DNA from: Candidatus Velthaea sp.
GTDB lineage: Bacteria > Vulcanimicrobiota > Vulcanimicrobiia > Vulcanimicrobiales > Vulcanimicrobiaceae
Direction: 5' to 3'
Length of the DNA stretch: 64,000 bases
Assembly (NCBI GenBank): GCA_965214935.1
Contig: CBDCCS010000011.1
Coordinates: 1 to 64,000 of the forward strand
Both the position numbers and the translations under genes were made by a program. Within the stretch, counting starts at the first letter, position 1, and each line of letters opens with the position of its first letter. Of the stretch, positions 29,517-39,270 are shown piece by piece. A model generated the notes under the pieces. It worked only from the letters and a program-made list of their open reading frames with translations, searched no databases and was not told where the DNA came from.

Positions 29517-30356
29517 TTGGACGTTGCGACCGTGGTCGGTATTCTGGTGGCATTCGGCGCAGTTGCGCTGTCGGCCGGAATCGGCGGCGTCGATCTAAGC
29601 ATCTTGTACGAGCGCTATGAAGCGTTCATTCTCGTGTTGGGCGGTACGATCGGCGCGACGCTCATCTCGTTTCCGCTCAAGACGTTCATGCGCGGAATCG
29701 CCGGCGGCTTGCGCACGGCATTCACCGAACCCGCTTACCACGAGGCCGATGTCATCGCAGTGATGGTGGGTTTCGCCGATAAAGCCCGGCGCCAAGGGCT
29801 GCTTGCCCTTGAGGAGGATTCGGCGCAACTCGGCGACGGGTTTATGCGCAAAGGCCTGCAACTCGTCATCGACGGTCGCGATACCGAGATCGTGCGCAAA
29901 ATTCTCGAAACCGAAGCCTTATTCGTTCAAGAACGAAATACAAAAGCTGAAGCGATTTTCCTGACCCTCGGCGGCTACTCGCCGACGCTGGGGATCATCG
30001 GCACGGTTCTCGGTCTCATCGCGATGCTCAAGGGGCTGGGCAGTGCAAGCACGGCCGGTGCGGGCAATCTAACCGGTTCGATCGGCGCTGCGACCGCGCA
30101 AGCCTTCGTCGCAACCTTTTTCGGCATTCTTCTTGCAAACTTATTATGGTTACCGATCGCCTCGAAAATTAAAGAGCGAAACAAGCAGCTGCTCCTGTTG
30201 CGCGAAATCATGATCGAGGGTATTCTCTCGATTCACGCCGGCGACAACCCCGCGCTACTCGAAGAAAAGCTGCATGCGTTTCTCGATCCGCGCGATTTGG
30301 ATGCGGATGAATCGGTGGTGCGAGCGGTTACCCAAACGAGCTGGGTAAGCGCATAG
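29517..30356 (+). CDS. motA: Flagellar stator A subunit
   Basis: LVLGGTIGA, ARRQGLLALEE, PTLGIIGTVLGLI, ANLLWLPIA, GDNP. Confidence 0.95.
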   Translation: MDVATVVGILVAFGAVALSAGIGGVDLSILYERYEAFILVLGGTIGATLISFPLKTFMRGIAGGLRTAFTEPAYHEADVIAVMVGFADKARRQGLLALEEDSAQLGDGFMRKGLQLVIDGRDTEIVRKILETEALFVQERNTKAEAIFLTLGGYSPTLGIIGTVLGLIAMLKGLGSASTAGAGNLTGSIGAATAQAFVATFFGILLANLLWLPIASKIKERNKQLLLLREIMIEGILSIHAGDNPALLEEKLHAFLDPRDLDADESVVRAVTQTSWVSA

Positions 30357-30359
30357 GAT

Positions 30360-31130
30360 GTGACGACGCTGCGGAACGACCGTCAGGTAAACCGATTACG
30401 TCAGGCGGCGCACAACGACGGACCGGAAGCCGCCGGTATGATGCGCTGGCTGCTCACCTATGCCGACATGATAACGTTGCTGCTGGCGCTGTTTATCATT
30501 TTGTTTTCCGTATCCACGGTCGACCGGGTTAAAGTGCAGCGGCTGGTGCATGATATTTCGGGCGGCTTTCATAATGAAGATGCGATCAACAATCCGCCTA
30601 ACGGCGGAGCCGTCGGACAGCAGCCCGGATCGGCTACGAGCGACTCGGAGCTCGAGCGCATCAATGCACAATTGCAATCGTATATTTGGATGAACTCGCT
30701 CGACACCGAAGTTTCGACGCATATCGAACGCCGTGGACTGGTCATTAGCTTACTTGCCGATAAGGCGCTGTACTCCAGTGGGAGTGTCGATCTGCCGCCG
30801 AAAACAAAACAATTGCTCGATGAAATCGACGCCGTGTTTGTCCCGACGAACAGTCATTTACGCATCGAAGGTAACACCGATAACGTGCCGATCCAAACGT
30901 CGATCTACCCGACGAATTGGGAGCTTTCGGCGGCGCGCGCAACGGGCGTCACGCGTTACCTCGTCGAGCAGAAAGGGCTGTCGCCCTTACGCGTTTCGCT
31001 GGCCGGATACGGTGAATACCGTCCGCTCAAGGTCAATAATTCGCCAGGGAACCGGCGCCGGAACCGGCGTGTCGACATCGTGATTCTCAATGCCGCAACG
31101 ACCAACGCCGATCGGGCGGTTCAGCCGTAG
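30360..31130 (+). CDS. motB: Flagellar stator B subunit
   Basis: WLLTYADMITLLLALF TM helix; OmpA-like domain (EGNTDNVPI, NWELSAARA, NRRVDI). Confidence 0.95.
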   Translation: MTTLRNDRQVNRLRQAAHNDGPEAAGMMRWLLTYADMITLLLALFIILFSVSTVDRVKVQRLVHDISGGFHNEDAINNPPNGGAVGQQPGSATSDSELERINAQLQSYIWMNSLDTEVSTHIERRGLVISLLADKALYSSGSVDLPPKTKQLLDEIDAVFVPTNSHLRIEGNTDNVPIQTSIYPTNWELSAARATGVTRYLVEQKGLSPLRVSLAGYGEYRPLKVNNSPGNRRRNRRVDIVILNAATTNADRAVQP

Positions 31131-32116
31131 TGTCGATGCTTTCGCAAGAAGAGATCGACGCGCTGGTTCACAACCTCGGCTCGCCGAGCGCGCAGAACAC
31201 CGCGCTCGAGACCCGGAAGATCAAACCGTTCGACTTCCGATTCAACCGTAAAACAGACAAGTTCTCGAACAATCAGCTGCAAACGCTGCGCACTCTGCAC
31301 GACAACTTCACCCGGTTGCTGAATAATGCGCTTTCGCTGTATTTGCGGACGCGCGTCGAAGCGACCGTCGTGTCGATCGAGCAGATCAGCTACGGCGATT
31401 TCATCGCCTCCATCGACGCGCCGTCGATTTTGCTTGTTTCCTCGATGGACCCGCTGCCCGGCTCCGCGATCATTCAGATCGAGCTGAACCTCGCGTTCTC
31501 GATCATCGACCGGCTATTGGGTGGTCCCGGCTGGTTCCCGGCCAAGTTGCGCGATTTGACCGACATCGAACGTACGTTGATGCAGCGGTTCATCGCGCGG
31601 ATGCTCAACAGCTATCGCGAATCGTGGAATTACCTGTTGACGCTGTCGCTCAAGATCGAGGCGCTCGACTCGAATCCGCAGTACATTCCGCGCATCATTT
31701 CGCTCGATCAAATCGTCGCTTACGTTACCTGCGAACTGAAAATCGGCGACCGTACGGGTACGATGAACTTTTGTCTGCCGTATGTCGTGCTGCAATCGAT
31801 CGGCGCGCAGCTCTCGGATTTCCAATGGTCGCCGTCCGTCATCTCCGGCCGCGGCACGACCGAAGACGACATCGCGCAACTCGTTCGCAACGTCGAACGC
31901 GCCGAGATCGATTTTTCCGTCGAACTCGGCCGCACGATCGTTTCGCTGCGCGATTTGATCGCATTGCAGCCGGGCGATATCGTGCTGTTCGATAAACTCA
32001 CGACGCTGCCGCTGAGCGCCCGGGTGAACGAGCTCGAGAAATTCAAGGTGTACGCGGGAACGAATCGCGATAAGCTGACCGTGCAAGTCGTCGAGATCGT
32101 CAAGGGCGAGGAGTAG
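31130..32116 (+). CDS. fliM: Flagellar motor switch protein
   Basis: LSQEEIDALV, PFDF, IIDRLLGG, C-terminal SpoA domain. Confidence 0.95.
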   Translation: MSMLSQEEIDALVHNLGSPSAQNTALETRKIKPFDFRFNRKTDKFSNNQLQTLRTLHDNFTRLLNNALSLYLRTRVEATVVSIEQISYGDFIASIDAPSILLVSSMDPLPGSAIIQIELNLAFSIIDRLLGGPGWFPAKLRDLTDIERTLMQRFIARMLNSYRESWNYLLTLSLKIEALDSNPQYIPRIISLDQIVAYVTCELKIGDRTGTMNFCLPYVVLQSIGAQLSDFQWSPSVISGRGTTEDDIAQLVRNVERAEIDFSVELGRTIVSLRDLIALQPGDIVLFDKLTTLPLSARVNELEKFKVYAGTNRDKLTVQVVEIVKGEE

Positions 32117-32120
32117 CGCG

Positions 32121-32978
32121 GTGGATCGAACGCGCGCGGACGTCATGTTCGCCTCGGCGGCCGAGGTTCTCGGCGCGCTCGTCGACCGAACGGTCACGCC
32201 GGGGCCGTCGGCAACGGCGGCGAGCGAAGCGTCGATTCGAGTCGAACCGCAGACCGTCGCGACGATCAGTCACATTCCGTCCGCCGGCGTATCGTTCATC
32301 TCGCAATACGAGAAACGTGCACTGGCACAAGTCGTCGAGGTCATGCTCGGCACGCCCGCAGGCGACGGCGAGATGGACGCAATGCAACTGTCGATCGTGT
32401 CTGAAACAGTCGCCCAAATTTCAAGCGCGATGGCCGAGCGGCTCACCCAAGAGCTCAAAGTTGCCTCCTCGAACATCACCTCGGAGGTACCGACCGAAGC
32501 GTCGGCTTTCCCGCCGCCGCCGTTCACGGCGTTCGAGGCAACGCTCGATATTGCCGGCGAGTTCACGCTCGCATTAACGCTGGCGTTCGACGGCGTGGCT
32601 TTAGCAGCGATGGAACCGCCGGCAGCACCGGCGCGACCGGCCCCGCGTCCGGCGGCACCGGCACCGCCGAGTCAGCCGGCGGGTTTTTCGCCGATGGCGC
32701 CGACCCCGATTCGCGCCGCGCCGCCGGGTCAATCGAATCTCGACCTCGTTCACGATATTCCGCTTGAAATTTCGGCGGTGCTCGGTCAGACGGCGATGTC
32801 GCTGCGCGATGTTGTCGCATTGCAGAACGGCAGCGTGCTCGAACTCGATAAGCTGTCGACGGATCCGATCGATCTTTATGTCAACAACATCTTGATCGCG
32901 CGCGGCGAGGTCGTCGTCGTCGATGAGAAGTTCGCCGTTAAGATCAGCGAACTCAATCCGGTCGTCGATAAGGTGTAA
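32121..32978 (+). CDS. fliN: FliN/FliY-like switch protein (degenerate CheC-like N-terminal domain plus FliN domain)
   Basis: C-terminal NLDLVHDIPLEISAVLG...ARGEVVVVDEKFAVKI; about 165-aa N-terminal domain with a CheC-like helix (MQLSIVSETVAQ). Confidence 0.88.
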   Translation: MDRTRADVMFASAAEVLGALVDRTVTPGPSATAASEASIRVEPQTVATISHIPSAGVSFISQYEKRALAQVVEVMLGTPAGDGEMDAMQLSIVSETVAQISSAMAERLTQELKVASSNITSEVPTEASAFPPPPFTAFEATLDIAGEFTLALTLAFDGVALAAMEPPAAPARPAPRPAAPAPPSQPAGFSPMAPTPIRAAPPGQSNLDLVHDIPLEISAVLGQTAMSLRDVVALQNGSVLELDKLSTDPIDLYVNNILIARGEVVVVDEKFAVKISELNPVVDKV

Positions 32979-33047
32979 AGAATTCGGCAGCGCGCGTAGA
33001 ATTGAAGTTCGCGACGTGGTACGTTGCCGAACTTGCATGATACCGCA

Positions 33048-33398
33048 ATGGATATCGCCTTTGTCTTAAAAGTCGTCTGGGCGTTTGCGCTCGTCGCATT
33101 ATTACTTGTCGCACTAAGTTATATCGTGCGTGCGTTGTCGCGCAGCCGGCTCGTCGTTTCGGCGAATCGCAAGATCGTCACCATCGTCGAATCGACATCG
33201 CTTGCTCAAAACGTCACCTTGCACGTCGTCAAGGTCGGCGAGCGATTCTATCTACTCGGCGGCGGTTCGGCGGGCTTAACAAAAATCGACGACGTTCCGG
33301 TCGACTTCGCGCAAACGTGGCTCGACGAGCAGCGGCTGAGCTTAACGGGGCAGCGTGACGCAGTGATGCGGCTGATAAGCCGTTTCCGAACGCCATGA
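33048..33398 (+). CDS. fliO: Flagellar biosynthesis protein FliO/FliZ
   Basis: N-terminal TM, then ESTSLAQNVTLHVVKVGERFYLLG; precedes fliP. Confidence 0.85.
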   Translation: MDIAFVLKVVWAFALVALLLVALSYIVRALSRSRLVVSANRKIVTIVESTSLAQNVTLHVVKVGERFYLLGGGSAGLTKIDDVPVDFAQTWLDEQRLSLTGQRDAVMRLISRFRTP

Positions 33399-34180
33399 TG
33401 CGCCGCTCGGTCGCGACCGCTTCGCTTGCGCTCGTGCTCGGACTTCTGTGCTTCGCGCATCCGGCGTGGGCGCAGAGTATCGCCGGCCCCGCCGCCCCGA
33501 GCATTCCGATACCGAAGATCAATTTTGGCGTCTCGCCGGCGACCAAGCCGTCCGACGTCGCGCTGTCGCTGCAGATCCTGCTGTTGCTGACGGTCCTGAC
33601 GCTCGCGCCGACCCTGCTCGTCCTCGTTACGTCATTCACGCGAATCGTGATCGTCCTGTCGTTCGTTCGTACGGCGTTAGGAACGCAGCAAGTTCCGCCG
33701 ACCCAAGTTCTCGTCGGTTTGGCGTTGCTCTTGACGTTCTTCGTCATGAATCCCGTCATCAACGATATCAACAAGAACGCGTTGCAACCGTATCTTGCCA
33801 ATCATCTGTCGCAGCCGGCCGCTCTCGAGCGCGCGACGCAACCGTTGCGCACGTTTATGTTCCGCCAAACGCGCGAGAAAGACATCGCCTTATTCTACAC
33901 GCTCTCCAAAGAAGCGCGTCCCGTAAAACCGGCCGATGTGCCGACCTATCTGCTCGTGCCCGCGTTCGTGATTAGCGAACTTAAAACAGCCTTTGAGATC
34001 GGCTTTGCAATTTACATTCCGTTCATCGTTATCGATATGGTGGTCGCGTCGATCTTACTCTCGATGGGAATGATGATGATCCCGCCGGTCACCATTTCGT
34101 TACCGTTCAAAATCTTGATTTTTCTGCTCGTCGACGGCTGGAATCTCACCGTGAACGCGCTGTTCGCAAGCTTCCATTGA
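33395..34180 (+). CDS. fliP: Export gate protein
   Basis: TSFTRIVIVL, LGTQQVPPTQVL, PAFVISELKTAF, LPFKILIFLLVDGW. Confidence 0.97.
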   Translation: MMRRSVATASLALVLGLLCFAHPAWAQSIAGPAAPSIPIPKINFGVSPATKPSDVALSLQILLLLTVLTLAPTLLVLVTSFTRIVIVLSFVRTALGTQQVPPTQVLVGLALLLTFFVMNPVINDINKNALQPYLANHLSQPAALERATQPLRTFMFRQTREKDIALFYTLSKEARPVKPADVPTYLLVPAFVISELKTAFEIGFAIYIPFIVIDMVVASILLSMGMMMIPPVTISLPFKILIFLLVDGWNLTVNALFASFH

Positions 34181-34227
34181 AGACATGGGTGTAAAGGCAT
34201 GGTTCACACCGTGAAGGTCGACGTGCG

Positions 34228-34497
34228 ATGACTTATGCCGCCGCGCTTTCTTTGGGCCGTGAAGCAATCTTTACCGCACTCATCGTAGCCGCGCCGATGC
34301 TCGTACTAGGTTTGGTCACCGGCTTGGTCGTTTCGATCTTTCAAGCCGTGACGCAGATTCAAGAACAAACGTTGACGTTTATTCCAAAGATATTGATCTC
34401 CGCGCTGGCGCTGCTGTTTTTCGGTCCGTTCATGCTCGCGATGCTGACCTCGTTCACGTCGCGCGTCTTTACCAACATTCCGCAATATTTGAAATAA
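34228..34497 (+). CDS. fliQ: Export gate protein
   Basis: GLVVSIFQAVTQIQEQTLTFIPK. Confidence 0.97.
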   Translation: MTYAAALSLGREAIFTALIVAAPMLVLGLVTGLVVSIFQAVTQIQEQTLTFIPKILISALALLFFGPFMLAMLTSFTSRVFTNIPQYLK

Positions 34498-34503
34498 GCG
34501 CGC

Positions 34504-35328
34504 ATGAGCGGTGCCGGAGCTTTCGATCTGTTCGGGCTGAGCGAAGCGCGTTTCGAGACGCTGCTGCTCATCGTCATCCGCATTACGCTCATGCTCGCGC
34601 TCGTACCGTTCTTTTCCGGTACGCAGATTCCGATCGGCGTGCGCATCGGCCTCGGCTTTTTACTGACGTTCGTCATCGCGCAAACCGTGCCGACATTAAC
34701 GGTGGCCTTGCAGCTCGGTCCCTTTGTCGCAGCCGTCATCACTCAGGCGTTCATCGGTCTCGTCTTCGGCTTCACGGCCTTCCTCGTTTTTACCGGCATT
34801 CAGTTCGCCGGTGCGATCCTCGATATGCAAGCCGGATTCGGTGCCGTTAGCGTGCTCAATCCGACCACGCAGCAGCAAGTGACGATTTTGAGCGAATTCG
34901 AATTAGCGCTCGCGTACCTTTTGTATCTGGGGACGAACTCGCACTACTTGCTGCTCGAAGGCATCAGCGGGTCGTTTCGGCTGCTGCCCTTACCGTGGGC
35001 GGCGCCCGACGCCATGCTCGAGCGAACCGTCATGGCCTTTTTTGCGCAAGCGCTTTTTATCGTGCTGCGGATCGCCGGCCCGGTCGTAATCACGCTGTTC
35101 CTGACGAACGTTGCGCTCGGCCTGATGTCGCGCGTCGCGCCGCAAATGAACGTCTTTTCCGTCGGCTTGCCGCTGCAGTCGCTTGTCGCATTGACGATGA
35201 TCATCATTACGATGCCGCTGCTCGGTGCGGTTCTGCCCGAGATCTTTGCCGAAACGCCCGCTCAGCTGGACACCGTGCTGCGTCACTTGCAACCGGTCGC
35301 TGCGCCGGGCGCGTTGCGAACGCGGTAA
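34504..35328 (+). CDS. fliR: Export gate protein
   Basis: AGAILDMQAGF, GLMSRVAPQMNVFSVGLP; multiple TM helices. Confidence 0.95.
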   Translation: MSGAGAFDLFGLSEARFETLLLIVIRITLMLALVPFFSGTQIPIGVRIGLGFLLTFVIAQTVPTLTVALQLGPFVAAVITQAFIGLVFGFTAFLVFTGIQFAGAILDMQAGFGAVSVLNPTTQQQVTILSEFELALAYLLYLGTNSHYLLLEGISGSFRLLPLPWAAPDAMLERTVMAFFAQALFIVLRIAGPVVITLFLTNVALGLMSRVAPQMNVFSVGLPLQSLVALTMIIITMPLLGAVLPEIFAETPAQLDTVLRHLQPVAAPGALRTR

Positions 35329-35331
35329 GGT

Positions 35332-36399
35332 ATGGCGAAGCCGGGGCAAACCGAGAAGGCGACACCCAAACGCAAGTCGGACGCGCGCGAGAAAGGCCAA
35401 GTCGCAAAGTCGCCGGACATCGCCGCCGCGGCGGTTTTCCTGGGAATCGTTATCGCTCTGCATATTGCTTTTAACGCAACGGTGGCTTCGGCGGTGCAAG
35501 CGTTCACGATCGCCTTCGAGCACATCGGCGTTCATCACGAGCTTTCGGTGCACAGCGTCTGGGTTGAAGCCGCGCGCAACCTCGTTCCGTACATTTCGGT
35601 TTTCGCGTTGACCTTCGGCTTCGCCGTCGTCATCGGCGTCGGTGCGAACGTGGCGCAATTCGGTTTTCTGTTTGCACCACAAATGCTCAAGCCCAAACTC
35701 TCGAAGCTCAATCCGATCAGCGGCTTCCAGCGCATCTTGATTTCGCCGCAGACCGCAATCCAGCTGCTCAAACAGCTTGCCAAGCTCGGCGTCGTTGTTG
35801 CAATCGTCTATTGGCAAGTCAACGACCGGCTGGGCTCGTTTTACATGCTCGCTCACGGCTCGCCGATGGACGTGTTGACGACGGTCGAAGACGTGACGTT
35901 CAACATCGGCGTCCGCTTCGGCATGCTGCTGCTCGTTCTCGGATGCGCCGACTATGCGTGGGAACGTCATCGTCTCGCCGAGTCGCTCAAGATGAGCAAA
36001 ACCGAAGTGAAAGAAGAAGCCAAGCAATCCGAAGGCAGTCCGGAAGCGAAGGGCGCGGTCAAGTCGCGTCAGCGCGCTTCGGCCCGGCGCCGAATGATGG
36101 CAGCCGTTCCGCGCGCCACCGTCGTCGTCACCAACCCGACGCATTTCGCCGTCGCGTTGGAATGGGACGAGTTGACGATGGCAGCGCCCGTGCTGGTCGC
36201 GAAGGGTGCCGATCTCATGGCGAAGCGCATTCGTGAGACTGCTGCCGAGCATCGCATTCCGATCATGGAAAACCCGCCGCTCGCGCGCACCCTGTACGAC
36301 AAAGTACCGCTCGACTCGCCGGTCCCGCCGAATCTATACGCCGCCGTCGCGCAGGTCATCGCGTTCGTTTACAAGCTCAAGAATCGAACCGTTGCCTAA
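35332..36399 (+). CDS. flhB: Export specificity switch protein
   Basis: TEKATPKRKSDAREKGQVAKS, autocleavage motif NPTH, ENPPLARTLY. Confidence 0.97.
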   Translation: MAKPGQTEKATPKRKSDAREKGQVAKSPDIAAAAVFLGIVIALHIAFNATVASAVQAFTIAFEHIGVHHELSVHSVWVEAARNLVPYISVFALTFGFAVVIGVGANVAQFGFLFAPQMLKPKLSKLNPISGFQRILISPQTAIQLLKQLAKLGVVVAIVYWQVNDRLGSFYMLAHGSPMDVLTTVEDVTFNIGVRFGMLLLVLGCADYAWERHRLAESLKMSKTEVKEEAKQSEGSPEAKGAVKSRQRASARRRMMAAVPRATVVVTNPTHFAVALEWDELTMAAPVLVAKGADLMAKRIRETAAEHRIPIMENPPLARTLYDKVPLDSPVPPNLYAAVAQVIAFVYKLKNRTVA

Positions 36400-36423
36400 G
36401 AACGACTCGTGGTATGCCGATAT
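36397..36423 (+). promoter_or_regulatory. Sigma-28-type promoter upstream of flhA; the -35 overlaps the flhB stop codon
   Basis: TAAG-N15-GCCGATAT. Confidence 0.72.
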
Positions 36424-36453
36424 CACCGGTAACGTCATGCAGAGCAAATCACA

Positions 36454-38580
36454 TTGGCGGTGACCGCCGCATCCACACCGCGTAAAGGCATCGTCGATCT
36501 GATCGCCGGCTCGGCGCAGATCTGGGTCGCCGCTGCATCCGTTCTGCTTGTCATATTAATGATCGTGCCGGTCTCGCCGTGGGTGCTCGACCTGCTGCTT
36601 TCGGTGAACATCGCGCTGGCACTCGTTATTTTGTTAACGACGCTTTACACCGAAAACGCGCTCGCCTTCAGCGTCTTTCCGACGCTGCTGCTCATCATCA
36701 CGCTCTTCCGGCTTTCGCTCAATATCACCGGTACGCGCTCGATTCTGCTGCACGGCTATGCCGGCGAAGTTATCGAGTCGTTCGGTAATTATGTCGTCGG
36801 CGGAAATTACGCCGTCGGTATGGTGATCTTTGCGATCTTGTTGATCATCCAATTTATGGTGATCACCTCGGGTGCCGGCCGCGTTGCGGAAGTCGCGGCG
36901 CGCTTCACGCTCGATGCGATGCCGGGTAAACAGCTCGCGATCGACGCCGATCTCAACGCCGGGCTCATCACCGAAGCCGACGCGCGTCAACGGCGTAAAG
37001 ATATTCAGCGGTCGGCCGACTTCTACGGCGCGATGGACGGTGCATCGAAATTCGTGCGCGGCGATGCGGTCGCCGCGATCATCATCGTCTTCGTCAACAT
37101 CATCGGCGGGTTCGTCATCGGCATCTTTCAGCAAGGGCTGCCGCTGCTCGTGGCGCTGCAGCGCTACACGTTGCTGACGATCGGTGAAGGTATCGTCACG
37201 CAGATTCCGGCGCTCTTGATCTCGACGGCGACCGGCATCATCGTGACCCGCGCGGCTGCCGAAGGCTCGTTCGGCCTCGAACTGACAAGCCAACTCGTTC
37301 AGCAGCCCAAGGCGCTGGCAATAGCTGCCGGTCTGCTGATTTTGTTCGGCCTTTTCGGTCTGCCGCCGCTCTTTATGTTCACGATGGCGGCGATCATGAT
37401 CGGCCTGTTTTTCCGGCAGCGCAAGCTGCAGTTGACGAGCGGCAAGCCCTCGACGTTGGCAACCGCCGGCGGCGGGGTGGCGGGCACGTCAACCGTGCCC
37501 GCGGTCAAACCCGCCGAGTCGGTGGTGCCGCTCTTGGCGTACGATCCAATGGAACTCGAAATCGGCTTCGGCCTTATACCGCTCGTCGACGTCAGTCAAG
37601 GCGGCGACTTGCTCGAGCGGATTACGATGATCCGCCGTCATGCGGCGCGCGAAATCGGTATCGTCGTGCCGCCGATCCGCGTGCGCGACAATCTGCAACT
37701 GACGCCGTCGACGTACATCGTAAAAATTTACGGCCTGGAAGTGGCGCGGTCCGAAATCATGGTCTCGCGTTTGCTGGCGATGAATCCCGGTACTGCGACG
37801 AGCGACATCGACGGCATTCCCACGACCGAACCGGCATTCAATCTGCCCGCCTTGTGGATCTCGGAAAGCGCACGCGGCGACGCCGAGATCGCCGGCTATA
37901 CCGTGATCGATCCGACCAGCGTGATTGCAACGCACATCACCGAAGTCATCAAAGCGCATGCGCCGGACCTGCTCGGGCGCCAAGAGACGTCGGCGCTGCT
38001 CGACAACGTCAAGGGGCATTACCCCGTGGTCGTCGATGAACTCGTCCCCGGATTGCTGACGGTGGGTGAAGTTCAGCGCGTTTTACAAAATCTGCTGCGC
38101 GAACGGATTCCGATTCGCAATCTGTTGCTGATCCTCGAAAATCTTGCCGACGGCGCCCGGCTCTCGAAAGACATCGACTTTCTCACCGAGCGCGTGCGGG
38201 TCGCCATGGGCCGGCATATCTGCGCGGAGTACGCCGAAGATGGTTTGCTTTCGGTCATCACCGTCGATCCGCGGCTCGAGACGTTGCTGGGCGAAGCGGT
38301 GCGGCGCGGTGAAGATGCGTACGCGCTGCTCGATCCGTCGACCGTCGCCCGCATCTACGGTTCGCTGACTAAACAAATGCAGATCGCGCAACAAAACGGA
38401 TTGGCGCCGATCGTTCTATCGTCGCCGTCCGTCCGGCTGGCTCTCAAACGCCTGACCGAACGTGCGGCCCCGCAGCTCGTGGTTCTGTCGTACAGCGAGA
38501 TCGCGCCCGGACTGCGTGTCGAGTCGATCGGGCAAATCTCCACGACCGACGATGCCGTGACGTCCGGTGTGGCGGCGTGA
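36454..38580 (+). CDS. flhA: Export gate protein
   Basis: RVAEVAARFTLDAMPGKQ, FYGAMDGASKFVRGD, VLSYSEI. Confidence 0.97.
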   Translation: MAVTAASTPRKGIVDLIAGSAQIWVAAASVLLVILMIVPVSPWVLDLLLSVNIALALVILLTTLYTENALAFSVFPTLLLIITLFRLSLNITGTRSILLHGYAGEVIESFGNYVVGGNYAVGMVIFAILLIIQFMVITSGAGRVAEVAARFTLDAMPGKQLAIDADLNAGLITEADARQRRKDIQRSADFYGAMDGASKFVRGDAVAAIIIVFVNIIGGFVIGIFQQGLPLLVALQRYTLLTIGEGIVTQIPALLISTATGIIVTRAAAEGSFGLELTSQLVQQPKALAIAAGLLILFGLFGLPPLFMFTMAAIMIGLFFRQRKLQLTSGKPSTLATAGGGVAGTSTVPAVKPAESVVPLLAYDPMELEIGFGLIPLVDVSQGGDLLERITMIRRHAAREIGIVVPPIRVRDNLQLTPSTYIVKIYGLEVARSEIMVSRLLAMNPGTATSDIDGIPTTEPAFNLPALWISESARGDAEIAGYTVIDPTSVIATHITEVIKAHAPDLLGRQETSALLDNVKGHYPVVVDELVPGLLTVGEVQRVLQNLLRERIPIRNLLLILENLADGARLSKDIDFLTERVRVAMGRHICAEYAEDGLLSVITVDPRLETLLGEAVRRGEDAYALLDPSTVARIYGSLTKQMQIAQQNGLAPIVLSSPSVRLALKRLTERAAPQLVVLSYSEIAPGLRVESIGQISTTDDAVTSGVAA

Positions 38581-39266
38581 AGCTATTTAAGGTCTTCGGC
38601 GGCAGTCCGCGCGTTGCGTCGGGATCGCGCGTTGCGCGCGAGCAATTGCCGGAAGTCAACGCGTTCGTTGAAGTGGCCGTCGGCGGGGATGCACGCCGGC
38701 GTCAATCCATACCCGTTGACGCGATTGACGCGCAAACGTTCTCGATGCGGCTGCTGCCCGGCCTGGATGTCGGCACGAGTGCCGATTTCGTCTACACCAC
38801 GCCGGCCGGCCGGTTTCGCTTTACGACCGTCTGCTGCCGCCTCGACACGCGCCAAGCCCATTTCGAGACGCCGCTCGAAGTGCGGACGCTGTCTTCATTC
38901 GGCGGCAAGCGCAGTTCGGTGCGCTTCGAGCTCGTGCTGCCGGCCCAGTGGCGCTTCGCACCCGACGGTAAGGGCAACGGCGAATTCGAGAAGGGCGCCA
39001 TGTGCGACATCAGCCGGGGCGGCGCAGCGCTTACGCTTGCACGCGACGTTAAGAACGGTGCCTACCTCGAAGTTCGATTTTCTTTAGAGCCGGCGTCGCC
39101 GCCGATCGTCGCCCTGGGCCAAGTTCTGCGCTCGGTTAAGATCGCTAAATCCGGCAAAAGCTCCGCAGCAATTCGCTTCGTCGACCTTTCCCGGTCGCAT
39201 GAAGATCAGATCAATACGTTCATTCGCGAGCATCAGCTCATGCGGCGCGATCGCGGAGTCGTTTAG
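38577..39266 (+). CDS. PilZ-domain c-di-GMP receptor (YcgR/MotI-like flagellar brake)
   Basis: RxxxR (RSSVR) and DxSxxG (DISRGG) motifs after an N-terminal beta-rich domain. Confidence 0.85.
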   Translation: MKLFKVFGGSPRVASGSRVAREQLPEVNAFVEVAVGGDARRRQSIPVDAIDAQTFSMRLLPGLDVGTSADFVYTTPAGRFRFTTVCCRLDTRQAHFETPLEVRTLSSFGGKRSSVRFELVLPAQWRFAPDGKGNGEFEKGAMCDISRGGAALTLARDVKNGAYLEVRFSLEPASPPIVALGQVLRSVKIAKSGKSSAAIRFVDLSRSHEDQINTFIREHQLMRRDRGVV

Positions 39267-39270
39267 CGAC

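Noticed and set aside
29366..29620. 84-aa ORF between flbD and motA
   Set aside because: It overlaps motA out of frame, covers the promoter region and has no recognisable features.
33003..33033. Possible sigma-28 promoter before fliO (GCCGAACT)
   Set aside because: No acceptable -35 at 15-nt spacing.
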